From Malacoraja senta (taxonomy: Eukaryota), in contig CM075994.1 of assembly GCA_038087875.1 (NCBI GenBank), positions 248,001 to 312,000 of the forward strand: a DNA stretch of 64,000 nucleotides. Direction: 5' to 3'. Shown one piece after another: positions 12,070 through 24,113 of this stretch. The position numbers and the translations under genes were made by a program. Under the pieces are notes generated by a model. The model saw nothing but the letters and a program-made list of their open reading frames with translations. It was not told where the DNA came from and did no database searches. Positions within the stretch are counted from its first letter, which is position 1. Each line of letters opens with the position of its first letter.

Positions 12070-12369
12070 CAATGACTTCAAGAGTTAGAATTCTGGTCCT
12101 CTGTGAGTCTAAGTCCACCGTCATTTTATAGTGGCCACTGTCTGCTTTACCAACATCTTTTAATTGAAAGGACCCATCTGAACTGTTAACTTTAATTCGA
12201 TTCTCGTAGTTTTCAAATGTGATGATATTTCCTTCATGCACATTGGTAATGATGAGCTTCCGGCTGGAATCTGAGAAGCCCCAGTGGACAATTTTGAATT
12301 TCTTATCAGTTCCGGGGAATGTAATAGAGGAGCCTGTGGCAGCCAGCATGCTGTCTCTTGTCCAATGAG
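12070..12369 (-). CDS. V-set Ig domain exon without cysteines (CD2/SLAM/CEACAM/HEPACAM-like N domain)
   Basis: 300-nt phase 1-1 exon, TTGCAG acceptor and GTAAGT donor. Peptide AHWTRDSMLAATGSSITFPG..IVHW..YENRI..DGSFQLKDVGKADSGHYKM..LTLEVI has the C-strand W and DSGxY motif but no Cys. Confidence 0.9.
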
Positions 12370-12412
12370 CTGCAAGACAAATGAATTAATTCAAACAGTA
12401 TCACACCTGAGA

Positions 12413-12650
12413 TATGTAGGAAGGAACTGCAGATGCTGGTTTAAACCAAAGATTGACACAAAAAGCTGGAGTAACTCAGTGAGTCAGACAGCATCTCTGG
12501 AGAAAAGGAATAGGTGACATTTCGGGTTGAGACCCTTCTTCAGACTCCTGAAGACTCCAGTCTGAATAAGGGTCTCAACCCGAAACATCACCTGTTCCTT
12601 TTCCCCAGAGATGCCGTCTGAGCCGTTGAGTTACTCCAGGTTTTTGTGCC
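12413..12650. repeat. Palindromic Penelope-terminal-repeat-derived element
   Basis: Inverted arms ~12456-12546 and 12559-12648, each with a CTGAA(G/T)AAGGGTCTC..CCCGAAA core. Confidence 0.75.
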
Positions 12651-13486
12651 ACATCTGAGGTAGATGAACACACACACGTAGATGTTCAGTGTTTACCTTA
12701 GCTACCACACAGCTACTAACTGTAAAGAAAGTGTATAGTATGCTTCCACATTGGTTAGGGCATTGAGTATAAGAGTCATGAAGTCAGTTTGCAGCTTTAT
12801 AAAACCATTGTTAGGCCACATTTGGAGTATTGCATGCAGTTCTAGTTGCACCTTGTACAGGAAGATTATGGAGGTTTTCGAGGGAGTGCAGAAGAGATTT
12901 ACCACACTGGTGCCTGGATTACAGTGTATTAGCTATCAGACGAGATTGGACAAACTTGGATTATTTTCTATGGTGCGTCAGAGGCTTGTGAGAGACTTTA
13001 TTGAAGTATTTAAAATAGTGAGAGGCATTGATAGGGTAGACAGTCAGAACCTTTTCCCACAGGGTGGAAATGTCAAAGACCAGAGGACATCGCTTTAAGG
13101 TGAGGGGGGAACAACGTTTAAAAGAGATTTGGGGGGCATGGGTTTTGAAAAACATCCTCTCCCTCAGGGTTAACAAGGAAATGGAGCTAGTTATTGACTT
13201 CAGGAAGTACATGCCCAATCAGCTACAAGTCAATGAATTAATTTAAACAGTATCACACCTGAGATATGTAGGAAGTAACTGCAGATGCTGGTCAGCAAGT
13301 CCGACAGCATCTCTTGAGAAACGGATTAGGTGACATTTCGGGTCGAGACCCTTCTTCAGACTCCTGAAGACTCGAGTCGGAAGAAGGGTTTCGGCCTGAA
13401 ACGTCACCTATTCCTGAGTACATGCCCAATCAGCATCAATGGCGCTGAAGTGGAAATGGTTGAAACTTCATCTTCCTGGGTGTAAA

Positions 13487-13758
13487 GGGCAGCAGGATGG
13501 CACAGTGGTAGATTTGCTGCCTTACAGCGCCAGAGACCATGTACGATCCTGACTATGGATGCTGTCTGTACGGCGCATGTACATTCTCCCCATGGGTTTT
13601 CTCCAAGAACTTCAGTTTCCCCTCACACTCCAAAGACTTACAGGTTTGTAGGTTAATTGGCTTGCTATAAATGTAAATTGTCCCTAGTTTGTGTCGGAAA
13701 GTGTTAATGCGAGGGGATCGCTGGTCGTGCTGTATCTCTAAACTAAACTAAAACTAAA
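13487..13758 (+). mobile_element. V-SINE (HE1-like)
   Basis: Head, V-domain, (CTAAA)n tail. Confidence 0.8.
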
Positions 13759-13819
13759 AATCTCCACCAATTTTTCCTGGACTAACCAATCACATTGAAG
13801 ATTGTAGATGTTGATTAAA

Positions 13820-15412
13820 ATGAAAATTAACCGGGAAGTGGTGTTAGGTAAATTGAATGGATTAAAGGCCAATAAATCCCCAGGGCCAGATAGGCTGCAT
13901 CCCAGAGTACTTAAGGAAGTAGCCCCAGAAATAGTGGATGCATTAGTGATAATTTTTCAGAACTCCTTAGATTCTGGAGTAGTTCCTGAGGATTGGAGGG
14001 TAGCAAACGTAACCCCACTTTTTAAAAAGGGAGGGAGAGAGAAAACGGGGAATTACAGACCAGTTAGTTTAACATCGGTAGTGGGGAAACTGCTAGAGTC
14101 AGTTATTAAAGATGGGATAGCAGCACATTTGGAAAGTGGTGAAATCATTGGACAAAGTCAGCATGGATTTATGAAAGGTAAATCATGTCTGACGAATCTT
14201 ATAGAATTTTTCGAGGATGTAACTAGTAGAGTGAATAAAGGAGAACCAGTGGATGTGTTATATCTGGACTTTCAGAAGGCTTTCGACAAGGTCCCAGATA
14301 AGAGATTAGTATACAAACTCAAAGCACACGGTATTGGGGGTTCAGTATAGATGTGGATAGACAACTGGCTGGCAAACAGGAAGCAAAGAGTAGGAGTAAA
14401 CGGGTCCTTTTCAGAATGGCAGGCAGTGACTAGTGGGGTACCGCAAGGCTCAGTGCTGGGACCCCAGGTATTTACAATATATATTAATGATTTGGACGAG
14501 GGAACTGAATGCAACATCTCCAAGTTTGCGGATGACACGAAGCTGGGGGGCAGTGTTAGCTGTGAGGAGGATGCTAGGAGGCTGCAAAGTGACTTGGATG
14601 GGCTGGGTGAGTGGGCAAATGCATGGGAGATGCAGTATAATGTGGATAAATGTGAGGTTATCCACTTTGGGGGCAAAAACAGGATAGTAGACTATTATCT
14701 AAATGGTGGCCGATTAGGAAAAGGGGAGATGCAACGAGACCTGGGTGTCATGGTACACCAGTCATTGAAAGTAGGCATGCAGGTGCAGCAGGCAGTGAAG
14801 TATCGGAGCAGGGAGGTTCTACTGCAGTTGTACAGGGTCTTGGTGAGACCACACCTGGAGTATTGCGTACAGTTTTGGTCTCCAAATCGGAGGAAAGACA
14901 TTCTTGCCATAGAGGGAGTACAGAGAAGGTTCACCAGACTGATTCCTGGGATGTCAGGACTTTCATATGAAGAAAGACTGGATGGACTCGGCTTGTACTC
15001 GCTAGAATTTAGAAGATTGAGGGGGAATCTTATAGAAACTTACAAAATTCTTAAGGGGTTGGACAGGCTAGATGCAGAAAGATTGTTCCCGATGTTGGGG
15101 AAGTCCAGGACAAGGGGTCACAGTTTAAGGATAAAGGGGAAATCCTTTAGGACCGAGATGAGAAAAACATTTTTCACACAGAGAGTGGTGAATCTCTGGA
15201 ACTTTCTGCCACAGAAGGTAGTTGAGGCCAGTTCATTGGCTATATTTAAGAGGGAGTTAGATGTGGCCCTTGTGGCTAAAGGGATCAGGGGGTATGGAGA
15301 GAAGGCAGGTACAGGATACTGAGTTGGATGATCAGCCATGATCATATTGAATGGCGGTGCAGGCTCGAAGCGCCGAATGGCCTACTCCTGCATCTATTTT
15401 CTATGTTTCTAT
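13820..15412 (+). mobile_element. 5'-truncated CR1 LINE, ORF2 reverse transcriptase
   Basis: [43 protein letters not shown]. One stop at 14348-14350, a 14-codon in-frame deletion versus the 30065-31135 copy, TTCTATGT-type tail. Confidence 0.95.
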
Positions 15413-15846
15413 GAAAATGAAAGTTGAAGATGGAAGAACAAAGTAGCACATCATCACCTCCACTTCTTCAAGAGACAAAGGACAAGTCCAGTATATCTCC
15501 AATAACTCTTATCAAGTCTACAGATGCACAGTAGAAAGCATACTATCAGGTAATAAATTAGTCATCAGCAGCTGAGGGAATACCTGATAGAAGTTGGTAA
15601 AATTGTGAAAGGCATACAGTGCCCTCCATAATGTTTGGGACAAAGTCACATCATTTATTTATTTGCCTCTGTACTTCACAATTTGAGATCGGTAATAGAA
15701 AAATCACATGTGGTTAAAGTGCATATTATCAGATTTTAATAAAGGCCATTTTTATACATTTTGGTTTCAACATGTAGAAATTACAACAGTGTTTATACAT
15801 AGTCCCCCCCATTTCAGGGCACCATAATGTTTGGTACACAGGAATG

Positions 15847-18627
15847 CAGGGCTCTCACTTAACTTTTTTTCCCTGTTGCCAGTCGGGCAACCTCGGCAGG
15901 TTGTTAGGTTGTCAAATTACAGTTTAGGTGGTCATTTAAGACGGCTTGCATGATGCGTGCAATAATGTGCTCGGACGAAGTGCGTAGTTACCAGTCGGAA
16001 TTATGGTCAATGAAGCATTCACATATTATTTCTGCTTCAAATAAATTCACAAACTAAACATATTCACCTATCAAGACATGATCTATACCACAATGACATG
16101 CAGCAAAATTACAATACAGTATCTCATCTCTTTTTACACGTTGCAATGAATGCAATTTCTATTATTTCTTTCCACTTCCAAACAAAAATCTGGTTGGATT
16201 ATTCAGCGCATGATCAACCTCGGTGATCGCTTCGCCCAACACCTCCATTCAGTTCGCCATAACTAACCTGATCTCCTGGTGGCTCAGCACTTCAACTCCC
16301 CCTCCCAATCCGAATCCGACCTTTCTGTCCTGGTCCTCCTCCATGGCCAGAGTGACGCCCACCATAAATTGGAGAAGCAGCGCCTCATATTTCGCTTGGG
16401 CAGCTTACACCCCAGCGGTATGAACCTCCAATTTCAAGTAGTCCCTGCATTCTCCTCCGCTTCCCAGCTCTCCCTCAGCCCACTGTCTCCGCCTCTTCCT
16501 TTCTTCTTCCCGCTCGCTACCCCCCCCCCCCTCACCTCACCTCACATCAGTCTGAAAAAGGGTCTCGACCCTAAACGTCACCTATTTTCTTCGCTCCATA
16601 GATGCTGCCTCACCCGCTGAGTTTCTCCAGCATTTATGTCTCCCCATTCACACAAGTTCTGTTATCCCACTTTCCTCACCCACTCCCACATTAGGGGCAA
16701 TTTTACAGAGACAAGTTAACCTACAAAACCAATGCGTCTTTGGGATGTGGGAGGAAACCCACACGCTTACTGGGAGAATGTACAAATTCAACACAGACAG
16801 TGCCCGAGGACAGGATCGAACACAGATCTCTGGCGTGTGAGGCAGCAAGTCCACCAGCTGTGCCACTATATTTTATTTTCCAACACACAAAAAATTATAC
16901 GTTGATAACTTTGGTTACTAAAAAAAAGAAGCTATACATTTTCAGTTTTAAATATCGAAGTGACGCTATGTCCCCCTTTACAGCTACTGTACGTTTTAAT
17001 TCAGTTCAAGGCTATGCAGCAGTAGATTGGCCATAAAGTTGCCGCCTAAAATTGCCAGAGACCCGGAATTGATCCTGAATATGGGTGCTGTCCATCTGGA
17101 GTTTGCTCCTTTTCCCTTTGATCGCATGGGTTTTCCTCCGGGTGCTCTTGTTTCCTTCCACATTCCAAAGGTGTGCAGGAACCTTTTTCAGACCCAACCC
17201 AAAACGTAATATTTTCTTTTTGTCCAGAGATTCTGTCTGACCTGTGAGTTACTCCAGCTTTTTGTGTCTATCTTCAGTTTATACCAGCATCTGCAGTTCC
17301 TTCCTACACACATGATACTATACGATGGAACTTTATTAATCCCAGGAGGGAAATTGTGTGTGTGTGTGTATATTATGCACACACACACACACGCATGTAT
17401 ATATAGCTATATCTACTAATATAGTTACATATTCATATATAAGTACTATGTTTACATATTCTGTTGTGCTGCTGCAAGTAAGGATTATATTGTTCTAACT
17501 GGGACGTGAGAGAATAAAACACTCTTGACTTATGTCGGTAATGTGTGGGATAGAACTAGTCTACGGGTGGTCGGCGTGGACTCGGTGGGCCGAAGGGCCT
17601 GTTTCCACGCTATATCTTTAAATTAAACTAAAAACACTAAAACCAGAGGGAGTCTAAAGAAGGGTCTCTACCCGAAACGTCACCCAATTACTTCTATCCA
17701 GAGATGCTGGCTGCTCCATGGAGCTCCCCCGCACAATTAAAGCATGGAATAGTCTTCACCCTACCATAGTCACCCAACCAGACGCAACTAAATTTAATGT
17801 CGCTCTTGTTTCCCCCAAGAACCCTTTTTTGCTTTAGTCCAAGTCAAGAGTCAAGAGAGTTTTGTTGTCATGTATCCCAGATAGGACAATGAAATTCTTG
17901 CTTGCTGCAGCACAACAGAATATGTAAACATAATACAGAACAGGAGATAAAAGTCCAGTGTGTTTATATACCATAGACCATATATATACACAATAAATAA
18001 ACAGATACAATGCAATAGGCTGTTATTTTTTCAGTGTTTGGAGTTTGGTGGTGGTGAGTCCATGACAGTTTAAATTCCATTTGGAATATATTTGGATAAC
18101 GAGGAAACCAAGAAGCAAGAGTTACTCCAGGGAGTTACTCCAGCTCCAGGGAGTGATTCTGTGTTGGTTTTCAGCGGTTGTGGCGAGGCGGCAACCGGAC
18201 AGCAATGGTGGCCAGATCTCCCACAATGCAAAGGGACGGAGAAAGTGCCCGACGACGACCAGTTGCCGTGGCAGTGCGCATGTGCAGGGCGGCACATGCG
18301 CACAACCACGGTCGATGATGTGCTGGCCGTGGTTGTGCGCATGTGCAGGGGGAGGATGTGCAGGCCGTGGCAGTGCGCATGTGCAAGGCGGCCGGCCGTG
18401 CCGGCGGATGAGAAGCGAGCGGAGAGCGGACACCCGGACAGGGATACGGTCGGCGTGCGGAGACGGAGAGTGACAGACAAGAGAGATAGTGAGGGGGGCC
18501 CGCTCAGAATTAAACAATAGGTGTCCCGCGTGCTTGCCAAGCCGGGCAATATTACACGAGTTTTAGGTTGCCCGGCGGGACGTTTGGTCGCCATTGGCAC
18601 CTGGGCAACTGCTAATTTCGAGCCCTG
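15847..18627. mobile_element. hAT-like non-autonomous element nested in Tc1
   Basis: TIR CAGGGCTC...GAGCCCTG, flanks GAATG/CAATG (5-bp TSD, one mismatch), repeated TTGCC..GGCAA subterminal motifs. Confidence 0.7.
16220..16625 (+). mobile_element. Penelope-like element 3' fragment with terminal repeat
   Basis: AQHFNSPSQSESDLSV..KLEKQRLIFRLGSLHPSGMN. Confidence 0.85.
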
Positions 18628-19579
18628 CAATGCCATGTAAATGAAAGTAGTCATGTTCAGTATTTTGTTGCATACCCTTTGCATGCAATGACTGCTTGAA
18701 GTCTGTGATTCATGGACATCACCAGTTGCTGGGTCTCTTCTCTGCTGATCCTCTGTCAGGCCTGTATTGCAGCCATCTTCAGCTTATGCTTGTTTTGGGG
18801 GCTTGTCCCCTTCAGCATATAACAGACATGCTCAATTGGGTTCAGATCGAATGATTGACTTGGCCACTCAAGAATTGACCATATTTTAGCTTTGAAGTAC
18901 TCCTTTGATGCTTTAACAGCATATTTGGGATCATTGTCTTGCTGCAGAATGAACCGCTGGCCAATGAGGTTTGAGGCATTTGTTTGAACATGAGCAGATA
19001 GGATGTGTGTATACACTTCAGAATTCATTCTTAATGATGTTCTTCTTAATGATGTTCCAAACCATGGATTTTGGGAAGCCTAAGGTTTGGCTGATGTCTC
19101 TGACAGTTTTATTCTTGTTTCTCAGTCTCATAATGCCTTCTTTGACTTTCATTGGCACAACTTTGGTCCTCATGTTGATAAACAGCAATAAATGTTTCCA
19201 AAGGTGATGGAAAGACTGGAGGAAAGACTAGGTGCTGAGAGCTCTCTTACACCTGCATTAAGGAGGCATTTGAACACACCTGAGCTATTACAAACACCTG
19301 TGAAACCATGTGTCCCAAACATTATGCTGCCCTGTAATGGGGGGACTATGTATAAACACAGCTGTAATTTCTACATGGTGAAAGCAAAATGTATTAAAAT
19401 ACCTTTTAATAAAATCTGATAATGTGCACTGTAACCACATGTTATTTTTTTCTATTACAAATCTCAAATTGTAGAGTACAGAGGCAAATAAATAAATGAT
19501 GGGTCTTTGTCCCAAATATTATGGAGGAAACTGTAAGTAGACAGACAGAACCTTTATTCCTAGGGTGCAAATGTCAAAG

Positions 19580-20186
19580 ACGAGTAAACATGACTGGTCC
19601 AGTAACGCTGAGGGCCCTGTACAAGAAGGGACAGAGCCGGCTGTACTTTTTGAGAAGTCTCTGCTCCTTCAACGTCTGCACTAACATGCTGCAGATGTTA
19701 TACAAATTGGTGGTGGCCAGTGCCATCTTCTTTGTTGCCATATGCTGGGTCAGCAGGGCACGGCCACGGACGGCAACAGGTTTAACAAGCTCATCAGGAA
19801 GGCTGGCTCCATCCTGGGCATGGACGTGGATTCATGGGATGAGGTCTTGGAGGGAAGGATGCTCCTCAAACTGTGGAGCATCTTGGACAATACAGCTCAT
19901 CCTCTCCATGACACACTGGGCAACCTGAGGAGCACCTTCAGCAACAGACAGGTTCCACCAAGATACAGTACAGAATGCCACAGGACATTTCTTTCCTGTG
20001 GCTATCAAACTGTACAACTCTTCCCCCTTCTGTCGTGAGCTAGACTGACTCTCCTCCCACCCCCAATCTTTCCACATCCCCAATCCTTTCCACTTCACCT
20101 TAATTTCATGTTTCATGTATCTTGTGTTTTATGACTGTTGGCAGATCAATTTCCCTCCTGGGATAAATAAAGATATATCGTATCGC
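19580..20186 (+). mobile_element. Rex1/Babar LINE 3' fragment
   Basis: LYKKGQSRLYFLRSLCSFNVC..VVASAIFF..CW, (TATCG)n tail. Confidence 0.8.
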
Positions 20187-20421
20187 AGAGGACTGAGTGT
20201 GAAGGTCAGATGGGGGTAGTTTCACGAAGAAAGGATTAGTATAATTTGGGATCATGTTTGACACAGACATCAGGCCCTAACATCAAGGACCTGTTCCTAT
20301 GCTCTACTGTTCAATTTAGAATTATATTTCTGCAAATGCATTTTCTTTTTTTCCCAACTTGAACAGTCTTGAGCCAGATTGCAGTCACCGCCTGCTTACA
20401 GAGACTCAGAAGTAATTTTAC

Positions 20422-20482
20422 CTGAAATTCTGTTGCTGAGAAGTTGCAGAAGGCAGAGGATAGAACAGCCGAAGGTCATCAT
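20422..20482 (-). CDS. Signal-peptide exon of IgSF gene (MMTFGCSILCLLQLLSNRIS)
   Basis: ATG at 20482, hydrophobic 20-aa leader, phase-1 donor CAG|GTAAAA at 20421. Upstream acceptor (CCTTTTCCTTCTCTCAG) at 20564-20565 implies a 5'UTR part and a further upstream exon. Joins in frame to the V exon. Confidence 0.75.
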
Positions 20483-22204
20483 TATGTAGAGGAGCTGGTG
20501 CTATCAGCTTATTCAAATAACGGAATTGGGTCACGAAGGTAGCCTGGTAACTTCATCTGAGAACTGAGAGAAGGAAAAGGAGCAATATATCATACATAGC
20601 ACACATTATAATTTATATTTAGATGAGAGGAACTCAGAGGGTCAGGCATATGTGGAGGGAGTGGGGAGATGGTGTTTTGGGTGGGACTGTTTTATTGATG
20701 AGGGCAGTGTTGCTGATATGATTTTCACGGGCTTCTGCAAGGCCTTCAACAAGGACCCACACACGGAAGACTGGTTGAAAAGATTAGAGCCCTTAAGATA
20801 CGGCAAGTCATCATTTTCAATCAAAATACTAGTGCGGTAAAGGAGACAAAGGATAAAGGTGGTGATGCAAGAACTACATCTCCATCTGCAACAACTGCAT
20901 CTGAACAAAACCATGCTGACTATCCCTAATCAGCCCTTGTCCATGTAAATGCATGTGTATCCTATCCCTCAGAATACTCTCCAGTAACTTTCCAACTACA
21001 GATGTTATTTGTGGCCCATGGCTCTTTACTTTTGACCAGAGCCTCAATTTACCTCATCATCCAAAATTCCTTCTGCTCACCTGCCTTGCCCTTAACTCCA
21101 ACAGGAATGTGCAAGCCCTGGACTCCTGTCAGCACACTTATAAAAACATCCCACTTTCCTGACATTCCTTTTCTTTCAAACAACCTACTCCAATCAACTT
21201 GAGCGGGTCCCTCTCTCAGACCTCAAAGTTGGCCTTACCACAATTTAGCATTTAACATGTGGGCCCTCTCTGTCCCTATCCATAACTATCTTGAACTTAA
21301 TTGAACAGTGGTCACTGATCCCAAAAATCTCATCCATGAACACTTCATCAACTTGCCCCTCCCAATTTCCCAAGACTAGATCAAGCATTGCCCTCTCCTG
21401 TGTGGGGCCCTCTACATATTGCTGGAGAAAACTCTCCTAAACATTTTGACAAATTCCACCCTGTCTAAACGTTTCATACTAGAATATTCCCATTCAATAT
21501 TGGGAAAGGTTCCAGTTCTCCTCTGGGCAATATCAATTTTGATACTTTGAAGTAATTATTTTAATATAATTTGAACTGCAATGACTGAAATAAATAAAAG
21601 ATAAAGAGACACAATAGAAACTGCAGATGCTTGAATGTTCCACAAAAAAGAAAGTGCTGGAGTAACTCAGCAGGTCAATCACCATCTATAGAGGAAATAG
21701 ACTGGTAATGTTCAGGCCAGGACCCTTCTTCAGATTGAAGAAAGTTAAATTAGAGATAATATTTTAATATTGAATACAGATTTAGAAGGCAGTCTACAGG
21801 AGACAAATCTTAACATTTACATCTGATGAGGGAAATAATTGGCTTAAGTCATGCCATATGAAGAAGGCATCAATGGGGCCAAGTACATTAAAATTAAATT
21901 AAAACTAAACTGAAGATTCTGGAATGTAAAATTAAAAAAAAAATGTGGTGACACTCAGCGGGTCAGGTAGAGAAACAGTTCAAGTTAATGACTTCATTCG
22001 GACTGGGAAAAGAGAAAAATGGGAGAGAGGAGACGCAAAGTAAAAACAGAAGATGATGGAAATACTCAGTAGATCAGACTGCATTTGTGTGAAGAGAAAC
22101 AGAGTTAAAGGTGTTGGAGGATTGACGGTACAAAGTAATATCAGTTATAGAGAGAGGCAGGGCTGCTTTAGGATGAACTGTAGAGATCCTACAGTGGATT
22201 ATAG

Positions 22205-23915
22205 TCGCACAGCTGGGAAATGTCCGTCTTGGATCCGTCTTCACTAAGGAAGACACAAACAATCTCCCTGATGTACTAGTGGCCAGAGGATCTAGTGTGA
22301 CGGATGAACTGAAGGAAATCCACATTAGGCGGGAAATGGTGTTGGGTAGACGGATGGGAATTAAGGCTAATAAATCCCCAGGGCCTGATGGTCTGCATCC
22401 CAGGGTACTTAAGGAAGTGGCTCTAGAATTGGTAGATGCATTGGTGATAATTTTCCAATGTTCAATAGATTCATGATCAGTTCCTGTGGATTGGAGGGTA
22501 GCTAATGTTATCCCACTTTTTAAAGAGAGGTGGGAGAGAAAAAACAGGGAATTATAGACCAGTTAGCCTGACAATGGTGGTGGGGAAGATGCTGGAGTCA
22601 ATTATAAAATATGAAATAGCGGTACATTTGGATAGCAGCAACAGGATCGGTTCAAGTCAGCATGGATTTACGAAGGGGAAATCATGCTTGACTAATCTTC
22701 TGAAATGTTTTGAGGATGTAACTGGGGAAATGGACAAGGGAGAGCCAGTGGATGTGGTGTACCTGGACTTCCAGAAAGCATTTGAGAATAGTGGGCAAAA
22801 TTAGAGCACATGGTATTGGGGATAGGGTGCTGACATGGATAGAACATTTTTGAGACAGGAAACAAAGATTAGGGATTAATGGATCCCTTTCAGAATGGCA
22901 GGCAGTGACTAGTGGGGTACTGCAAGGCTCAGTGCTGGGACTGCAGCTATTTACAATATATATTAATGATTTAGATGAAGGGATTAAAAGTAACATTAGC
23001 AAATTTGTAGATGACACGAAGCTGCGTGGCAGTGTGAACTGTGAGGAGGATGCTCTGAGAATGCAGGGTGACTTGGACAGGTTGGGTGAGTGGGCAGATG
23101 CATGGCAGATGCAGTTAATCTGGATAAATGCGGTTATCCACTTTTGGGGCAAAAAAATATCAGATTTGTGCCAAGTTGGGAAAAGGGGATGTACAACGAG
23201 ATCTGGGGGTCCTTGTTCATCAGACACTGAAAGTAAGCATGCAGGTACAGTAGGTATTGAAGAAAGTGAATGTCATGTTGGCCTTCATAACAAGAGGAGT
23301 TGAGTATTGGAGCAAAGAGGTCCTTCTGCAGTTGTACAGGGCCCTAGTGAGACCACACCTGGAGTATTGTGTGCAGTTTTGGTTTCCAAATTTGAGGACG
23401 GACATTCTTGCTATTGAGGGAGTGCAGCGAAGGTTCAGCAGGTTAATCCCCGGGATGGCGGGACTGTCATATGTTGATAGAATGGAGCGGCTGGACTCGT
23501 ATACTCTGGAATTTAGAAGGATGAGAGGATATCTCATTGAAACATTTAAGATTATTTAGGGTTTGGACACCCTAGAGGCAGGAAACGTGTTCACTATGTG
23601 GTGATAGTACAGAACCAGGGGCCTCAGTTTAAGAAAAAGGGGTAAGCCATTTAGAACGGAGATGAGGAAACACTTTTTCACACAGAGGGTTGTGAATCTG
23701 TGGAATTTTCTGCCTCGGAAGGCAGTGGAGGCCAATTCTCTAGATTCGTTCAAGAGAGATTTAGATAGAGCTCTTACAGATAGCAGAGTCAGGGGATATG
23801 GGGAGAAGGCAGGAACGGGGTACTGATTGTGGATGATCAGCCATGATCATAGTGAATGGCGGTGCTGGCTCGAAGAGCCGAATAGCCTACTCCTGCACCT
23901 ATTGTCTATTGTCTA
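22205..23915 (+). mobile_element. Degenerate CR1 LINE ORF2
   Basis: Frameshifted RT motifs (SVFTKED, KSPGPDG, QHGF, KFVDDT, RPHLEYC) and CR1 tail. Confidence 0.9.
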
Positions 23916-24113
23916 AATAACTCCAGCCCAACTTGCCCTTTACGGGGATGGTGCCGGAACTTTTAAGAGGATGTTGCCAGAACTAGAGGGTATGCGCTAT
24001 AGGTAGAGGTTGAGTAGGCTGGGACTCTATTCCTTGGAGAGCAGGAGGATGAGGGGTGATCTTGTAGAGACGTATAAAATCATGAGAGGAACAGATCGGG
24101 TAGATGTGCTGAG

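Larger units (their letters stand above)
15617..19533 (-). mobile_element. Tc1/mariner DNA transposon with long TIRs, internally deleted, hosting nested elements
   Basis: TA|CAGTGCCCTCCATAATGTTTGGGACAAAG ... CTTTGTCCCAAATATTATGGAGGAAACTG|TA, ~220-bp TIRs. Transposase remnant QQDNDPKY..WPSQSFDLNPIEH at 18756-19028. Confidence 0.9.

Noticed and set aside
18070..18684. Overlapping Cys/His-rich ORFs
   Set aside because: Produced by GCGCATGTGC repeats within a hAT element.
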